Shown: positions 58,601-64,000 of the stretch, piece by piece
Position numbering within the stretch: the first letter of the stretch is position 1
Layout of the letters: each line of letters starts with the position of its first letter
Source: the human T2T-CHM13v2.0 reference genome, Homo sapiens
Assembly: GCF_009914755.1 (NCBI RefSeq)
Contig: NC_060947.1
DNA: 64,000 nucleotides
Strand: one strand, 5' to 3'
Made by a program: the position numbers and the translations under genes
Notes under the pieces: generated by a model
Databases searched by the model: none
The model's input: only the letters and a program-made list of their open reading frames with translations
Told to the model about the DNA's origin: nothing

Positions 58601-58996
58601 AAAGACACTTACCCAGCCAGTCACATGGGATATCTCAGCAAGCTTCACACCTCAATGAGTGTAGAGTCCAAGTGCCAAAAAGAGTGAGGTGAGAGGTGTT
58701 CAGCTACCTTTAATCTATTAACACCACCCAAGATAAAAAAAAGTATGAGCCAATGGATGTCAGACTTTACCCTTCTCACTAATCAGTTAAATTGCGGAGA
58801 GGAACCAGTGAAAAGGTTGGACAGATGGGCAAAAGGTTTCTTCCAAAAACGTATGAGAGGGCAGAAGTTCCAATTTTTTTGCCAAGCAAAACGTGCAAAA
58901 AGGGAGAAGATGGTTCTTACAAACTGGAAAGCAATCAAGACTTTCTGTGTCTACAGATTTAGAGTCTCATATATTTGGCAAATTTCAAGATGACCT
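55655..58996 (-). other. SPIN3: Probable SPIN3 3'UTR (~3.3 kb)
   Basis: Largely repeat-free stretch downstream of the stop; distal boundary inferred from the poly(A) signal. Confidence 0.55.
55676..55681 (-). terminator. Candidate SPIN3 poly(A) signal ATTAAA (alternative AATAAA at 55358-55363)
   Basis: Hexamer on the minus strand at the end of the mostly unique 3'UTR, followed by U-rich sequence; usage not provable from DNA. Confidence 0.45.
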
Positions 58997-59773
58997 CTAA
59001 GATGTTTTTACCAAATCGTAGACATAGATATGGAAATCATCATCAAATTTGATGAAGTACACAGAGGGTTTTGCTTCTACCTGATGAATGACCATGCCAG
59101 TTCTCTTGGAGCCATCGTCTTTGGCGTATTCCACCTGTTTGCCTACCAGGCTGTCTATGACTTCTCCTGGCTCCCTCTCTGCCAGAGGAGAATCATTGGA
59201 ATCTTGAAGGATGCGGAGGTCACCATCTTTATAATCATCTAAGAGCTGGTACATATATAATACAGGATCTTTCTCATAGGTAATGTAAAACCATGTGTTC
59301 ATGACAGGTGCCTGAGCTAAGACCATCCCCCTCCATTCATTTTTGGAACCTTCCTCTGTCTCAAAAATATGTTCCACTGCTTTGCCAACCATTATTTCTG
59401 CCAAGTGTGTATCACTGATTCTAGATGATGCAACTCTATTAGGAAGGACTTCAAGTGATGACACTCTTTCATCTCTGTGAAGTTCCAATCCATAAACACA
59501 GTCAAATCCATCATATTTGATAAGATACAGAGAGGGATTTACAGGTACCTGATCCAGAACGGTTCCTTTCCACTGTGTTAGAGGTTCATCTCCATCTTTC
59601 CATCCGTGCTGAATTCTGCAGCCCACGATGTTCCCCCGAGGCTGGGAGGTGGGTCGGCTCCTATGCTTCTTGTGTGCAGCCTTCCTCTTTATCATGGTAA
59701 CAGACACACTGCCGTGGCCAGCGCCCGTCCTGGACCGCTGCCCTGCAGCTGCCTTTCCAAACGGGGTCTTCAT
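58997..59773 (-). CDS. SPIN3: Spindlin-3 (three Spin/Ssty Tudor-like domains; methyl-histone reader family), 258 aa, single coding exon
   Basis: [98 protein letters not shown]; ATG at 59773, 2 nt after acceptor CTCCTCTTCGCAG. Confidence 0.96.
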   Translation of the reverse strand: MKTPFGKAAAGQRSRTGAGHGSVSVTMIKRKAAHKKHRSRPTSQPRGNIVGCRIQHGWKDGDEPLTQWKGTVLDQVPVNPSLYLIKYDGFDCVYGLELHRDERVSSLEVLPNRVASSRISDTHLAEIMVGKAVEHIFETEEGSKNEWRGMVLAQAPVMNTWFYITYEKDPVLYMYQLLDDYKDGDLRILQDSNDSPLAEREPGEVIDSLVGKQVEYAKDDGSKRTGMVIHQVEAKPSVYFIKFDDDFHIYVYDLVKTS

Positions 59774-59775
59774 GC

Positions 59776-60041
59776 CTGCGAAGAGGAGCACAGTTGCCAG
59801 GTGGACCGAGAAAGGAAATTAACAAAATCAATGCATAACACGGAGAGCTTTTTCTCCTAATCAGCGCACCCAGTAAACCCACACCTGTTTTTCCCGAAAG
59901 CTAGATAGCAAAGCTGGAAATCAAGGCACCCTGGCTGAGTGCCTGCAGTAACCTTCCTCCCCAGCTCAGTCTGGCTAAGATCTGCGGTTCGGTGAAATAC
60001 GAAGCGTTTCCCCATTCCCCTCGCCCTGCTTCCAACACTAC
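59776..60041 (-). other. SPIN3: SPIN3 intron 1 (266 nt)
   Basis: Candidate donor CCGG|GTAGTG at 60042/60041; acceptor TCTTCGCAG|GCATG at 59776/59775. Confidence 0.7.
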
Positions 60042-60385
60042 CCGGCCAGGAGGCGCAGATTCCCCACCGTCCCGGATTGCGGGCCTCAAGTGCACAAATC
60101 GGACACCTCGCCGTTGCCTCCGCAGTGAGCCTATGGAGGAGGAAAATCAGCGGGCGAGCAGCCCGGTGCTTGCAAAAGCTGGGAGAGGATGATCCATAGG
60201 CAATGAGTGTCTCTAAGAGGGCGGCGGGGCAGGCGAAGATGACCGTGGCGGCGTCCCTTGCTCTTGGCTCCTGCGTCCTCCGCCTTCCTGGTGGCGGCGG
60301 CGGTGGCGGTGGCCGCAGCCCCTCTCCCACATCGGACTCCCACTAGTCGCTGCTGCGCCGCAGTCTCCTCCTTCTTTTTCTAGCG
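60042..60385 (-). other. SPIN3: SPIN3 exon 1 (leader) with two AUG uORFs and an interrupted CCG/CCA repeat
   Basis: GC-rich; uORFs 60332-60213 (39 aa) and 60197-60147 (16 aa); TSS approximate. Confidence 0.65.
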
Positions 60386-61321
60386 CAGCTTCCGGTCAGT
60401 AGAGAGGCCTCCCCTTCCTGCCAAACACCGCGTGGCGCCCCTCCCCCACCAACCTGTACCACAGCCCTGGGCGTGGAAGGTGCTCCTAGGCTCTCGGTCT
60501 CGCAGCTTCCTCCAAATCAGAAGCTGTGGAGCCCACAACCACCTCTCTCTCACTGCATTGGTTTACCTCTTCTGGTTTAGCACGCGCCCCTCCCCTCACC
60601 TAACCTCAACCCTCTGCGCCCCTGCCCCTTCTGCTTTCCACCTTTCAGGAATTAGCCCTTTCCTTTCCCCTCCCTCCCCGCGTCCCCCCACCCTCCATTG
60701 AAGGGGATTTGTGGTAGGACAAGAGAAATGCGCTACTGCTCAGTGTTCAGGCTGCCATCTTGACCCAATCTACGTAATTTTTACTGACTTGTCATTCCCA
60801 GACTTAACTTCTTGAGGATTTCTTTTCTTTTCCCCTGATTGCAAAAGAATTGCATGCACAATATTGACACTGTAAAATTCAGAAAATTGACATGAAGAGA
60901 AAATAATTAACTAAGCCGGCCTCCCATTTTCCAGGGCTCACAGTGAAATATTAACACTATTTCCTTTTCCTTTTTTCTAAGCTCTTACAAAGCTTGGATA
61001 ATTTTGAATATGCACTTTCATGTCCTGCTCATTTCCATGTAGAATAAACATTTGCTCAATTTTTTAGATATTTTCTGAGAACATGTTTTGTAGTAGCTTC
61101 ATAAAATTAAGCATTAGGATTTTTCATAATTTTGCCGTTGCCTCCTATCTTCAGACGTTTAATTGTTAAATACCTATAAATTGTGCTTGCGCATGAATTA
61201 TTCTGTTCACTTGAACAGAATAACCTAGACACTAAACTTAGAACAATTGCTATAATTAAAACAGGAATTTGTGAGATCATAAATCTGTGGAGAAAGACAT
61301 TTTAGAAGTGATTCAATCAGT

Positions 61322-62615
<1,294 letters not shown>

Positions 62616-62911
62616 GTGATATTGTGAAATATATATTTGCTCTTTGATCTCCTTTTCTGGCATACAGCCCCTAAAACCCTTGAAGTATCCTGAGAGATAA
62701 GAGTGTCTTTTGTATGCTAATAAGATGACTGATGATTGGCAGCCCCTAGATAGCTTCAGGATGTGGGCTGTTCACGGCAAAGACCAGGGCATGATTAGAA
62801 GATTGGAGCAGAGAGGAGTTAAAGGTTGAATCGATCACCAATGGCTCATGATGTCTACATAATGAAGCCTTCATAAGAACCCAAAATAACAAGGTTAAGA
62901 GAGCTTTGGAA
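62616..62911 (+). mobile_element. MER21B-like LTR, cut by L1
   Basis: TGTGATATTGTGAAATATATATTTG..CCCCTAGATAGCTTCAGGATG. Confidence 0.75.

Positions 62912-64000
<1,089 letters not shown>

Larger units (their letters stand above)
59600..60770. promoter_or_regulatory. SPIN3 CpG-rich promoter region
   Basis: CpG density far above the flanks; ETS-type ACCGGAAG (minus, ~60389-60396); YY1-type CAAGATGGC (minus, 60754-60762). Confidence 0.75.

Noticed and set aside
59774-59791. ORF-track SPIN3 start at 59791 (MLLFAG, 264 aa)
   Set aside because: It is a GTG within the polypyrimidine tract/acceptor of intron 1; the ATG is at 59773.
59857-60041. C-terminal 60 aa of the 157-aa ORF as a separate gene
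   Set aside because: This part is inferred intron read-through; only the exon-1 portion is considered.

Overview
Primate (human-like) genomic DNA, almost certainly the Xp11 region around SPIN3. The only intact host gene is SPIN3 (minus strand, 258-aa CDS at 58997-59773, CpG-rich first exon, ~3.3 kb 3'UTR). The rest is mostly retroelements. The left 20 kb is a nested stack: a decayed betaretroviral provirus (HERV-K HML-8/HERVK11 type, MER11 3' LTR), interrupted by L1PA elements in gag and env and itself inserted in an older L1MA. Further right are more L1PA/L1M pieces, Alus, MaLR/ERV1/ERVL LTRs, Tigger3b, MER1A/MER5, L2 and MIR. Most notable observations: (1) five separate L1PA copies, and two neighbouring Alus, share non-consensus mutations in a mosaic pattern, including premature stops, suggesting strong local non-allelic gene conversion; (2) the 'non-coding' first exon of SPIN3 is stop-free and would splice in frame to the CDS from a GUG in strong Kozak context (97-aa extension), overlapped by two AUG uORFs; (3) the proviral gag-pro frameshift site appears deleted, fusing NC and dUTPase in one ORF; (4) an L1 with its 5' promoter intact but ~1 kb deleted points its antisense promoter into env and the LTR; (5) a 5'-inverted Alu. 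Repeat subfamily names and consensus comparisons come from memory, not from a search.
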